Source: Eggerthellaceae bacterium
GTDB lineage: Bacteria; Actinomycetota; Coriobacteriia; Coriobacteriales; Eggerthellaceae
Direction: 5' to 3'
Assembly: GCA_050951005.1 (NCBI GenBank)
Contig: JBMNIP010000001.1
Span: forward strand, 96,102-128,101
DNA: 32,000 nt
Made by a program: the position numbers and the translations under genes. Numbering within the stretch: position 1 is the stretch's first letter; every line of letters starts with the position of its first letter. The notes under the pieces are model-generated. The model was given only the letters and a program-made list of their open reading frames with translations. It ran no database searches and was not told the DNA's origin. This document shows positions 16,714 to 24,583 of this stretch, piece by piece.

Positions 16714-17667
16714 ATGAAGGTTGCCGTACTGATGGGCGGAGCAGCTGCTACGCGTGAGCGGAGCCTGCGTAGCGGGAAGAACGTATGCAAGGCGTTGGCT
16801 GCCTCGGGGCACACGGTGCTGCCGTTGGATACCACGGTCAATCTCACCACCATTCTGTGCAACGAACATCCCGACATCGTATTCAATGCGCTGTACGGAT
16901 ACGAAGCAGAATGCGGTGCGGTCCAGGAGCTCCTGGAATTCTTGGACATTCCCTTTGTGGGCGCTTCGTCGTCCGTTTGCCGTGATGCATGCAACCGCGG
17001 TGCGCTGCCCAGTGTGCTGGAGGGTTATCAAGGCGCCCTCGGCGGTTCGATGACGGCTGCATGGCCTCACGGAATCGTCCTCTCGCGGATGGCGGTACAG
17101 GATATGGGCGCCTATTCCGCGCTCAACTTGGTGGCTGACAGGATTCCGGGCGGTTACCCGCTGTGCGTGAAATCGGTTCATGGCATGCCGGGTTTCGCAG
17201 CTTACCGGGTTGAAGATCACGATGAGCTTGCGGGCGCGCTGATCCAGGTACTCGCAGTGGACGATTCGGTGGTTATCCAGCAGTGGGTCGAAGGAATCAA
17301 CCTTTCTGCGTTCGTGCTGGGTTCTGGATACGAGGCGCTGGTTCTTCCGCCGGTGGAAATCGACCAGCAAGATGGTGAGCTCTACACGCCGGTTCGCCTT
17401 GAGTCGCTTGCACAGGATCAGGAGAATGCGCAGGCCATCCGCTCGGAGATAGAACGGGCGGCTATGGAGGCATATCTGGCATTCGGCATCCGGGATATCG
17501 GGCGTGTGGATTTGATCTGGGATGGTGCCCAGGCACGGATCCTGCGGGTACGGACCGTGGTGGATTACAGTGCGGATTCGCCGTTCCATCAAGCGCTGGC
17601 GGCAGCTTCGCTTACGTTCGAGGGCGTGGCCAATGCGCTGGTCGGAGGTCTGTCTCCGGAAGAGTGA
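16714..17667 (+). CDS. D-alanine--D-alanine ligase-like ATP-grasp protein with diverged active-site motifs
   Basis: The N-terminus MKVAVLMGGAAATRERSLRSGKNV...VFNALYG...LLEFLDIPFVGAS is clearly Ddl-like. The regions matching the ATP/Mg2+ motifs are substituted (see finding). GGTAGGAG RBS is present. Confidence 0.85.
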   Translation: MKVAVLMGGAAATRERSLRSGKNVCKALAASGHTVLPLDTTVNLTTILCNEHPDIVFNALYGYEAECGAVQELLEFLDIPFVGASSSVCRDACNRGALPSVLEGYQGALGGSMTAAWPHGIVLSRMAVQDMGAYSALNLVADRIPGGYPLCVKSVHGMPGFAAYRVEDHDELAGALIQVLAVDDSVVIQQWVEGINLSAFVLGSGYEALVLPPVEIDQQDGELYTPVRLESLAQDQENAQAIRSEIERAAMEAYLAFGIRDIGRVDLIWDGAQARILRVRTVVDYSADSPFHQALAAASLTFEGVANALVGGLSPEE

Positions 17668-17718
17668 TTACGGGCAGATGACCGTTGCAAACACGCAGGT
17701 GAAATGGTTCCCGCACGG

Positions 17719-17724
17719 TATAAT
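17719..17724 (+). promoter_or_regulatory. Perfect -10 hexamer TATAAT upstream of the ytxH-like gene
   Basis: TATAAT at 17719..17724 lies about 80 nt upstream of ATG 17803. There is no good -35. The stem-loop AAAGCGC-GACAG-GCGCTTT lies in the putative 5' UTR. Confidence 0.35.
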
Positions 17725-17802
17725 GCGACGTACGAGTGGTTATTGGCGGTTAAGGACGGGGCAAAGCGCGACAGGCGCTTTCACCGTGATAAGGAGGAAG
17801 CA

Positions 17803-18315
17803 ATGGGAAAATTCGGAGCTTTTGTTCTGGGCGGTATCGTCGGTGCGACAGCTGCACTGCTGACGGCGCCACGTCCCGGCGATGAGACGCGCGCGATCGT
17901 CACCGACTGGTGCAACAACACATTCAACGATGCAAACAACATTGCCGCCGGTGTGCAGGACCGCGCACGTCAGGCAGTTGACACCGCCGCGACGGCGGGC
18001 CAGCAGGCTTACAGCACGGCCTCTTCGCGCGTGCAGGAAGTCGGCAAGACCGTGGTCGGAGCCAATGCGGAAAGCAGCGATGAGCTGCGTGCCAAGATAG
18101 AGGAAGCACGTCAGCGCATTGCATCCCAGGTCGTGCAGAACGCCGATGGTGCCCGTCAGGCAATAAACGACACCATCCCGACGGTGACCGAGGCCATGAA
18201 GGCCAACGCCGAACGCGTACAGGAAGAGATGGGCCATGTGCCTGCCCATGCGCAGGATCCGGTCGACATCGAGGATGCACAGATTGAAGAGCCCGTCGAT
18301 GAGGATCGGCAGTAA
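17803..18315 (+). CDS. YtxH-domain protein
   Basis: AAGGAGG RBS precedes the start. The N-terminus MGKFGAFVLGGIVGATAALLTAPRPGDETR is the typical YtxH membrane-anchor motif. It is followed by an Ala/Gln/Glu-rich helical region. Confidence 0.8.
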   Translation: MGKFGAFVLGGIVGATAALLTAPRPGDETRAIVTDWCNNTFNDANNIAAGVQDRARQAVDTAATAGQQAYSTASSRVQEVGKTVVGANAESSDELRAKIEEARQRIASQVVQNADGARQAINDTIPTVTEAMKANAERVQEEMGHVPAHAQDPVDIEDAQIEEPVDEDRQ

Positions 18316-18360
18316 TCTGCATTCGGCATTGGTGGAACGTAAGAACGGAGCCGAAAGTAC

Positions 18361-19290
18361 ATGCTCACGGTTAGCCAGTTGATGAATGACAAGGTAATCG
18401 TGCCGCGCGGACGCAAGCAGAAAGAGCGGCGCATAGGAAAAGTGCGCCGCTTCGTGTTCCACCCGCGCGAGAAGCGTTGCATCGGCTTCATCATCAAGCG
18501 CCCCGATGCGGCGCTGATGTTCAAGCGCAAGGACCTGTTCGTCGCGTTGGACCGCATCAAGATCATCGATGACGAGATCCACGTCGACGGTGCCGAGGAC
18601 TCCATGGGAGGCCGGGCGGTCAAGCGCCTGGGCGTGAAGTGGGAAGAATGCGTGCTGTGGATGGGCATGCAGGTGGTTGCCGAGAACGGAGAAATCCTGG
18701 GAACGGTCGGCGATGTCGCCTTCGACGGGAAAACCGGACGCGTGGATTCCATCGAGTTGGACAACGGCGCCACGGCACGAGCCCTGTTGGGCAAAGCTAC
18801 CGTCCCTGCCAGCTACATCAAGGGCTTCCGTTTCGGGGTTGGCTCGCGGCTATCGGGGTATCAGGACGAAGTGGCCGATGACGAGGATGATGAAGACGCC
18901 GAGGAGCTGGAAGAGGAGGACCTCGGTGCCATCCTCGTTTCGAATGAGGCATTGGCGCTCGAGCCTGAGGGCGGCCTGGCCGAAAAGGCGGGCAGGGCAA
19001 GCGTTGTTGCCAAGGTAAAGGGCCGCGAAGCGGTAGAGAAGGCCAAGGTTGTGGGCGCCGATGTGGCCGAGAAGGCCCGCGCAAAGACGGCCGAGTCTGC
19101 TGCCAAGGCAAAAGACCAGGTCGAAGATGCAAAACCTCAGATGAAGGAGACGGGCAAGAAGGCAGAAGAGGCGCTAAACAAGGGTGCGTATTTCACTGGC
19201 GTCCAGATTGCCAAGTCCAAGAAGATGTTCGCCGGCTTCATGGACAACTACCGTAAAGCTGTAAATGGCGAAGATGAGGATGATAACTGA
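18361..19290 (+). CDS. PRC-barrel domain protein (two PRC-like segments) with acidic linker and Lys/Ala-rich helical C-terminus
   Basis: PRC-like segments: VSQLMNDKVIVPRGRKQKERRIGKVRRFVFHP and VLWMGMQVVAENGEILGTVGDVAFDGKTGRVDSIEL. They are followed by DEVADDEDDEDAEELEEED and an AEKA/AKAK-rich tail. Confidence 0.8.
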   Translation: MLTVSQLMNDKVIVPRGRKQKERRIGKVRRFVFHPREKRCIGFIIKRPDAALMFKRKDLFVALDRIKIIDDEIHVDGAEDSMGGRAVKRLGVKWEECVLWMGMQVVAENGEILGTVGDVAFDGKTGRVDSIELDNGATARALLGKATVPASYIKGFRFGVGSRLSGYQDEVADDEDDEDAEELEEEDLGAILVSNEALALEPEGGLAEKAGRASVVAKVKGREAVEKAKVVGADVAEKARAKTAESAAKAKDQVEDAKPQMKETGKKAEEALNKGAYFTGVQIAKSKKMFAGFMDNYRKAVNGEDEDDN

Positions 19291-19293
19291 TCT

Positions 19294-20340
19294 ATGCCCT
19301 CCGCCGATTCCTCCCACCATTCTGAAGAAGAGTCCGATCATCCGAATATGTCATCGGTATCCGAAGGGTCCGATGCATCAGACCAACGCGCGCCTTCTCC
19401 AATGGCGGATTTCGAGCCAGATAGCCTGGATAGCGATTCGGCAAATGCCGGCTATCAGGTGAAGCCCGAGGTACCGGGCTCGGATGCCGAGGTGCGTGCG
19501 GAACGCCGCGCCCTCCGCGAGAATCTGAAAGAGCGCCGTGAGGATATAGCGGCGCACGACTATCGTTTTACCGAGAAATCCAAAGAACGCATAGCGCAGG
19601 AACCGCCTTCGCAGCTGCAACGGGGCGACCGGCAGGTTGGCAAGCGCGGTCTTACCGTTGCCGATATCGTCAAGCTTGTCGGGCTTCTTGCCGTGCTGGT
19701 GCTTCTCGCCCTTATCGTGTGGGCGATGTGGCCAACGCTCTCCGGCCTTTTCGAGGAGGGCGGCGTCGAGGCGCTGGTCGAAAAAGTGCAGAATGCGGGC
19801 CCGATGGGTGTTGCCATGCTGCTTGGTCTGCAACTGTTGCAGGTCATCGTTGCATTCATCCCCGGCGAGGTCGTGCAAGTCGCAGCGGGCATGATGTACG
19901 GTGCCTGGTGGGGCGGCCTCATCGTAACGGTGGGCGCCTGCCTGGCAAGCGCTGCAGTATATTCATTGGTCCATTGGCTGGGCGCGCCGTTTGTTCGCGA
20001 CATGGTCTCCGATTCGTTTTCGGACAGATTCCGGCGATTCGAGGCATCGGGTCATTTGGACACCATCGTGTTCATCCTGTTTCTGATTCCCGGCATGCCG
20101 AAGGATGTATTCACCTATGTGGTTGCATTGACGGACATGAAGCTGGGATCCTTCCTGATATTGACGACCTTTGCGCGCATGCCCGGCATTTTCCTGAGCA
20201 CCTATGCCGCGTCGAGCCTGGCAAATGGGGACATGACGAAGAGCATCGTGATCTTCGTCATCCTGGTGGTGCTTGCGCTGGTGTGCATCGTGCTGCGCGA
20301 CCGCATCATCGAGCGCCTTGACGGTTTCCGCCGGAAGTAG
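19294..20340 (+). CDS. TVP38/TMEM64 (DedA-related) family membrane protein with a ~120-aa disordered N-terminal extension
   Basis: Core motifs: LLGLQLLQVIVAFIPGEVVQVAAGMMYGAWWG and FILFLIPGMPKDVFTYVVALTDM. The start is 4 nt after the upstream stop. Confidence 0.85.
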   Translation: MPSADSSHHSEEESDHPNMSSVSEGSDASDQRAPSPMADFEPDSLDSDSANAGYQVKPEVPGSDAEVRAERRALRENLKERREDIAAHDYRFTEKSKERIAQEPPSQLQRGDRQVGKRGLTVADIVKLVGLLAVLVLLALIVWAMWPTLSGLFEEGGVEALVEKVQNAGPMGVAMLLGLQLLQVIVAFIPGEVVQVAAGMMYGAWWGGLIVTVGACLASAAVYSLVHWLGAPFVRDMVSDSFSDRFRRFEASGHLDTIVFILFLIPGMPKDVFTYVVALTDMKLGSFLILTTFARMPGIFLSTYAASSLANGDMTKSIVIFVILVVLALVCIVLRDRIIERLDGFRRK

Positions 20341-20537
20341 CGCGAACGTACCGACAACGATATGTTCAGTCCGATAGGGCGTTCGAGAGGCATGCTCATT
20401 GCTGTCGCGATAGGCGCCGACTCCGATGTTTCCTCCGAATAATCGAACATTTTTGTCAGATTTGCCTTACGCCTTCGTTACGGCTGTTCCATCCCCAGGC
20501 CGAAAGGCCGTGCGCTCTACTAGAGTGTACGTGCTGA

Positions 20538-21152
20538 ATGAGAGAAGGAATGCCCGTGTCGCAAACGGATCGACAGCCGAATATCGATGAGCGCGTCGCC
20601 GACGCAGAAGCCGAGGTTGCCCGTGCCCAGGCGCACCTGGATGAGTTGCGTCGCGAATTGCAGCAGGGCTCGGATGCGGACACGGTAGCCGGAGCGTCCG
20701 AAGTTCCTGATACGTCGGCTCGCCACGCCGATGCACCACAGGCGGTCTTTAACGAAAGCGAACGGGCCGTCCATTCCGATGAGGTTTCGTCGCCCGATGC
20801 CATCGTGGATGCGATTGCCGCCGAATCGGCAGCCGAGGCCTCGGGTGCGCAGTCCGATGCCGTAATGACCGCAGCCTATGAAGATGCGCCCTTTGTGCCG
20901 GCCAAGGATCACGTTGCAGCTGGGTTGCTGGCCATCACCCTGGGGTGCCTGGGCATTCACAAATTCTATCTTGGCTATCTGACAAGCGGGTTTATCACAC
21001 TTGGTGTTTCCGTTGTCGGCGGAGTGCTGACACTTGGCATTGCGACGGTGGTTATGGCGGTAATCAGCATCGTCGAGGGAATCCTGTATCTTTCTGAATC
21101 CCAAAGCAAGTTCGAAAACACGCACGTCGTACGAGAGCGCGAATGGTTCTAG
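20538..21152 (+). CDS. TM2-domain membrane protein with coiled-coil/disordered N-terminus
   Basis: The C-terminus AAGLLAITLGCLGIHKFYLGYLTSGFITLGVSVVGGVLTLGI is TM2-domain-like. The start is uncertain: ATG 20538, ATG 20550, or GTG 20556 (the last has the best GAAGGA spacing). Confidence 0.8.
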   Translation: MREGMPVSQTDRQPNIDERVADAEAEVARAQAHLDELRRELQQGSDADTVAGASEVPDTSARHADAPQAVFNESERAVHSDEVSSPDAIVDAIAAESAAEASGAQSDAVMTAAYEDAPFVPAKDHVAAGLLAITLGCLGIHKFYLGYLTSGFITLGVSVVGGVLTLGIATVVMAVISIVEGILYLSESQSKFENTHVVREREWF

Positions 21153-21154
21153 CT

Positions 21155-21185
21155 CCGAAGCGCAGGTCTGCGTAGGCGGTTTTTC
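21155..21185 (+). terminator. Terminator after the TM2 gene
   Basis: The hairpin CCGAAGCGCAGGTCTGCGTAGGCGG has core CGCAG/CTGCG with flanking CCG/CGG. It is followed by TTTTT. Confidence 0.55.
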
Positions 21186-21350
21186 TCGCAGCCCGCGCTA
21201 TCGCATGTTGCCGATTCGTCCGTGTCGGCATTGCGCCAAAGGAGGGGACAACGCCTTCTGTAAAGAGAATATTACGCATGGAACGGGTGCTTCAGCTAGA
21301 ATAAACAAATACACAGGTACTGTATGCATTCGTTCCTAAGGAGGAAACCT

Positions 21351-22289
21351 ATGCCGACCATTTCGCATGATGACGTTCGCGTTCCCGCCGACGTGCTCCC
21401 TGAGGCACGTGAGGCATATATCGAGAATTATCTGAAGGCCACGCGCAATACCGGCCGCTTGATGCTGTTTGCCTGCGACCAGAAAGTCGAGCATCTCAAC
21501 AAGGATTTCTATGGCGAGGGTATCGACCCGTCCGATCTGGATCCGGAGCATCTGTTCAAAATCGCCGACCAGGGCGTTGTGGGCGTTATGGCTACGCAGC
21601 GCGGCTTGGTTGCCCAGTATGCGCTGGACTATCCCGAAATCAACTACCTGGTGAAGATGAACTCGAAGACCAACCTGGTCAAAACCGATCAGGACGATCC
21701 GTACTCTCCGCAACTGTACGAGCTGGACGCCGTGCTGGCCATGCGTGAGGCGGGCATCAACATCGTCGGCGTCGGCTACACCATCTACTTGGGTAGCGAA
21801 TACGAGTCCACGATGATGGCCGAGGCCGGCGAGCTGATTGCCGAGGCCCACGCCAACGGCCTGATTACCGTTCTGTGGATCTATCCGCGTGGCAAAGCGG
21901 TTGCCGACGAGAAGTCTGCCGAGACCATTGCAGGCGCTGCTGGCGTGGCATTGTGCCTGGGGTCCGATTTCGTGAAAGTCAATCCGCCGCATCCGAGCGA
22001 CGACAAGGACCAATTCCAGAACCTGGCCATTGCCTCTGCAGCTGCCGGTCGCACAGGCTTGGTTTGTGCGGGCGGCTCTACCGTCAAGGCGGAGGATTTC
22101 CTGGAGCAGCTGTACAACCAGATCCACGTGGGCGGCGCCGATGGCAACGCGACGGGCCGCAATATCCATCAGCGTGGAACCGAAGAGGCAGTGCGCCTGA
22201 CCAAGGCCATTTCTGCCATCACGCTGCGTGACGCGAGCGTCGATGAGGCGGTTGCCATTTACCGGGGCGAGAAGGACTTCACCCTGTAA
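21351..22289 (+). CDS. Class I aldolase of the DhnA/FbaB (DeoC/LacD superfamily) type
   Basis: AAGGAGG lies 6 nt before ATG 21351. Motifs: LMLFACDQKVEH, YLVKMNSKT, GVGYTIYLGSEYE, VLWIYPRG, GSDFVKV (putative Schiff-base Lys context), GGADGNATGRNIHQ. Confidence 0.85.
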   Translation: MPTISHDDVRVPADVLPEAREAYIENYLKATRNTGRLMLFACDQKVEHLNKDFYGEGIDPSDLDPEHLFKIADQGVVGVMATQRGLVAQYALDYPEINYLVKMNSKTNLVKTDQDDPYSPQLYELDAVLAMREAGINIVGVGYTIYLGSEYESTMMAEAGELIAEAHANGLITVLWIYPRGKAVADEKSAETIAGAAGVALCLGSDFVKVNPPHPSDDKDQFQNLAIASAAAGRTGLVCAGGSTVKAEDFLEQLYNQIHVGGADGNATGRNIHQRGTEEAVRLTKAISAITLRDASVDEAVAIYRGEKDFTL

Positions 22290-22358
22290 GCAGCTTCCGA
22301 CTGGTCCGCATTGCGGGGTGCCAGTTTCGCTGCGGATGCCGGACAGCATCGAATGCAA

Positions 22359-22395
22359 GGCCGCATGCCTTCGGGCATGCGGCCTCTTCTTTTAT
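22359..22395 (+). terminator. Rho-independent terminator after the aldolase gene
   Basis: A perfect 11-bp stem GGCCGCATGCC/GGCATGCGGCC has a TTCG loop. It is followed by the T-rich stretch TCTTCTTTTAT. Confidence 0.7.
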
Positions 22396-22609
22396 GTAAG
22401 TCCGGCTCGATTGGAATCGGTATACGGCAGCGTTTCGTGCGGCCGATTTCTTACGTTACATCGTTCGTTATTTATTTGAAATTAAGTAAACAGATTATGA
22501 ATATTGTTACGTAATACCACTATCTGGAGATTTGTGATTAGGAACTGTATTATGTGGCTAAATAACCCTCTTATCTGGGGAAACAGCTTCCGATAATGTC
22601 GTTAACGTT

Positions 22610-22657
22610 TCTACACTCGGGGTGAAATCAAGAGAAACGAATCCAACCGAGTGTAGA
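22610..22657 (+). repeat. 11-bp perfect inverted repeat (TCTACACTCGG ... CCGAGTGTAGA) in the 5' UTR of the CAP-domain gene
   Basis: The arms are at 22610..22620 and 22647..22657, with a 26-nt spacer. The right arm abuts or partly overlaps the GAGGGG RBS, 10 nt before ATG 22668. Confidence 0.6.
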
Positions 22658-22667
22658 GGGGTTTGCG

Positions 22668-24137
22668 ATGAACGGTTCGCGTATTTCAGAAAAGGGTACG
22701 CTGACGGAGCTCTGCCTTCTTTTTGCTGTAGCGCTTTGCGCTTTCTGCCTTATGTCATGGTCGTCCTGCGATACGGCATATGCCAGCTCGACCCAAACGG
22801 TTCATGTCCAAGTTACCTACAAGCAGTCCCAGGCACGTGGGATGCTCTCGAGCATCAATAATTTCCGCACTGGCAACAATGCTTGGTATTGGAACAGCAA
22901 CAACCGGTCAAAGACCAAGTGCAAGCACCTTCGCAAGCTGAAGTATGACTATAAGCTGGAAAAGGTCGCCATGCTGCGTGCAAAGGAGATCGCCCTCTCC
23001 TACAGCCACGTTCGTCCGAACGGTAAGAGCTGCTTCACGGCATACAAAGCGGCTGGTGCGAAATCCTATTCCGCAAAGGGCGAGAACATCGCTTTCGGCC
23101 AGACCAGTGCAAAAGAAGTGTTCACTGCTTGGCGTGAAGACAACGAGAACTATGCGGGCCAGGGTCATCGCCGCAACATGTTGGACAGCGACTTCAACGC
23201 AGTCGGTATCGCGCATGTGAAATATCAGGGCACGGATTACTGGGTGCAGGAGTTCGGCTACGTCAAGTCCCCGAAGACGAAGAAGACGGCTGCGAAGAAC
23301 TCCACTTCCGTCCAGAGTGTGAAGGTGCTCAGTCGCAACGTGAAGAAAGTATCGGTGAAGGTCAACACCTCCTCACTGTCGATGGCTAAGGGATCTACCC
23401 GCAAGGTTCCGAAAACTACCGTCAAGGCCAAGATCAAGAACTATCGTTCCAGCAAATGGCTGTCCACTTGCACGCTGGTTCCCGACTCGGTGAAGCGGTC
23501 CTCCAGCAACAAGCATGTTGCCAAGGTTGCCGGCTCCGTTGTCAAGGGCGTTTCCAATGGCAGCGCGAAGCTGACGATTACGACCAAGTGCAACAAGAAG
23601 AAGTACAAGAGCTCCATTCCCGTGAAGGTATCGGGCTCGGTATCGGATGCGACATTCACGCTGTCGAGCACGTCGTATGTCTATGATGGCTCTGCAAAGA
23701 AACCGACGATCAAGAAGGCGAAGCTGGGCAGCACGACCCTGACCAAAGGCAAGGATTACGTGGTCGTGGGTTACAAGAACAACGTGAACGCCGGCACGGC
23801 ATCGATTGTGATCAAGGGCAAGGGTTCCTACACGGGGACGAAGACCATTAACTACACCATCCACCGGGCATCTCTGAATTCGGGAAGCTGGCTGGTCGGC
23901 GGTATCTCCAACACCGTGACGCGGAAGTACAACGGCCAGGTCCAGACCGTGTATCCGACAATCTACAATCGCTATAACCGCTCGGTTCGCTTGACGCGGG
24001 ACAAGGATTTCAAGGTTGACTTCAACGGCAAATCGCCGAAGAACGTCGGTACCTACGTGTACGAGATCAAGGGCATTGGCAACTACTACGGCACTATGAA
24101 CCTCGGTACGCTGAAGCTGAAAATCGTGAATGCTTAA
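22668..24137 (+). CDS. Secreted CAP/SCP/PR-1-like domain protein with Ig-like (Big_2-like) and two MBG/YDG-type repeat domains
   Basis: The signal peptide is ...LCLLFAVALCAFCLMSWSSCDTAYA|SS. CAP-domain motifs: GENIAFGQTSAKEVFTAWREDNENYAGQGHRRNMLDSDFNAVGIAHV...YWVQEFG. An Ig-like segment follows (HVAKVAGSVVKGVSNGSAKLTITT). Then come two repeats of the pattern YDGSAKKPTI...LTKGKDYVVVGYKNNVNAGTASIVIKGKGSYTGTKTINYTI. The protein is Lys-rich and visibly lower in GC than its neighbours. Confidence 0.85.
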   Translation: MNGSRISEKGTLTELCLLFAVALCAFCLMSWSSCDTAYASSTQTVHVQVTYKQSQARGMLSSINNFRTGNNAWYWNSNNRSKTKCKHLRKLKYDYKLEKVAMLRAKEIALSYSHVRPNGKSCFTAYKAAGAKSYSAKGENIAFGQTSAKEVFTAWREDNENYAGQGHRRNMLDSDFNAVGIAHVKYQGTDYWVQEFGYVKSPKTKKTAAKNSTSVQSVKVLSRNVKKVSVKVNTSSLSMAKGSTRKVPKTTVKAKIKNYRSSKWLSTCTLVPDSVKRSSSNKHVAKVAGSVVKGVSNGSAKLTITTKCNKKKYKSSIPVKVSGSVSDATFTLSSTSYVYDGSAKKPTIKKAKLGSTTLTKGKDYVVVGYKNNVNAGTASIVIKGKGSYTGTKTINYTIHRASLNSGSWLVGGISNTVTRKYNGQVQTVYPTIYNRYNRSVRLTRDKDFKVDFNGKSPKNVGTYVYEIKGIGNYYGTMNLGTLKLKIVNA

Positions 24138-24169
24138 GCACGCATAGGGGGTTGCCTACCTGGCATGAA

Positions 24170-24208
24170 GGGGCGCCGATTCTAAAGGATCGGCGCCCCT
24201 TTCCATTT
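24170..24208 (+). terminator. Rho-independent terminator after the CAP-domain gene (may act bidirectionally)
   Basis: A perfect 11-bp stem GGGGCGCCGAT (24170..24180) / ATCGGCGCCCC (24189..24199) has an 8-nt loop. It is followed by TTTCCATTT. Confidence 0.75.
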
Positions 24209-24250
24209 GCATACGGGGCCATAATGGAAAGGCCGATGGGGCAGGCGGAG

Positions 24251-24583
24251 TCAGCCGGTACGCCGGTCGTGCAGGTGGCGCATGGCAAGAACGGGATGGA
24301 AGAAGATCATGCGCGGTCCTGACCATCGCATCACCTTACGGATGCGTTCCCTCATGGCAGGCTGGTAGCAGGGATGAGGGCACGAGCTGCAGAAAGTCTT
24401 CTCATATTCGCGCGGGCAGGCGCGAATGCGCGCCAAACTGTAATCAATCAGGTCGGCACAGTCGCTGCAGGGAGTCGATCCCCGATGGTGAAAACGGCAA
24501 TACAGCTCGACCATCGTAGTCAGCACCCGAGCCTCTTTATCGCGCTTTTCTGCAATCGCTCGGTCATCAACGAGGTTGGACAT
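24251..24583 (-). CDS. Nitrous-oxide-stimulated promoter family protein (YgbA-like, Cys-rich)
   Basis: This is the 110-aa tail of the 294-aa ORF. MVELYCRFHH...CSDCADLIDYSLARIRACPREYEKTFCSSCPHPCYQPAMRERIRKVMRWSGPRMIFFHPVLAMRHL resembles E. coli YgbA (CxxC...C...CxxCxxxCY, MRWAGPRM). I chose ATG 24583; the RBS is weak. Confidence 0.8.
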   Translation of the reverse strand: MSNLVDDRAIAEKRDKEARVLTTMVELYCRFHHRGSTPCSDCADLIDYSLARIRACPREYEKTFCSSCPHPCYQPAMRERIRKVMRWSGPRMIFFHPVLAMRHLHDRRTG

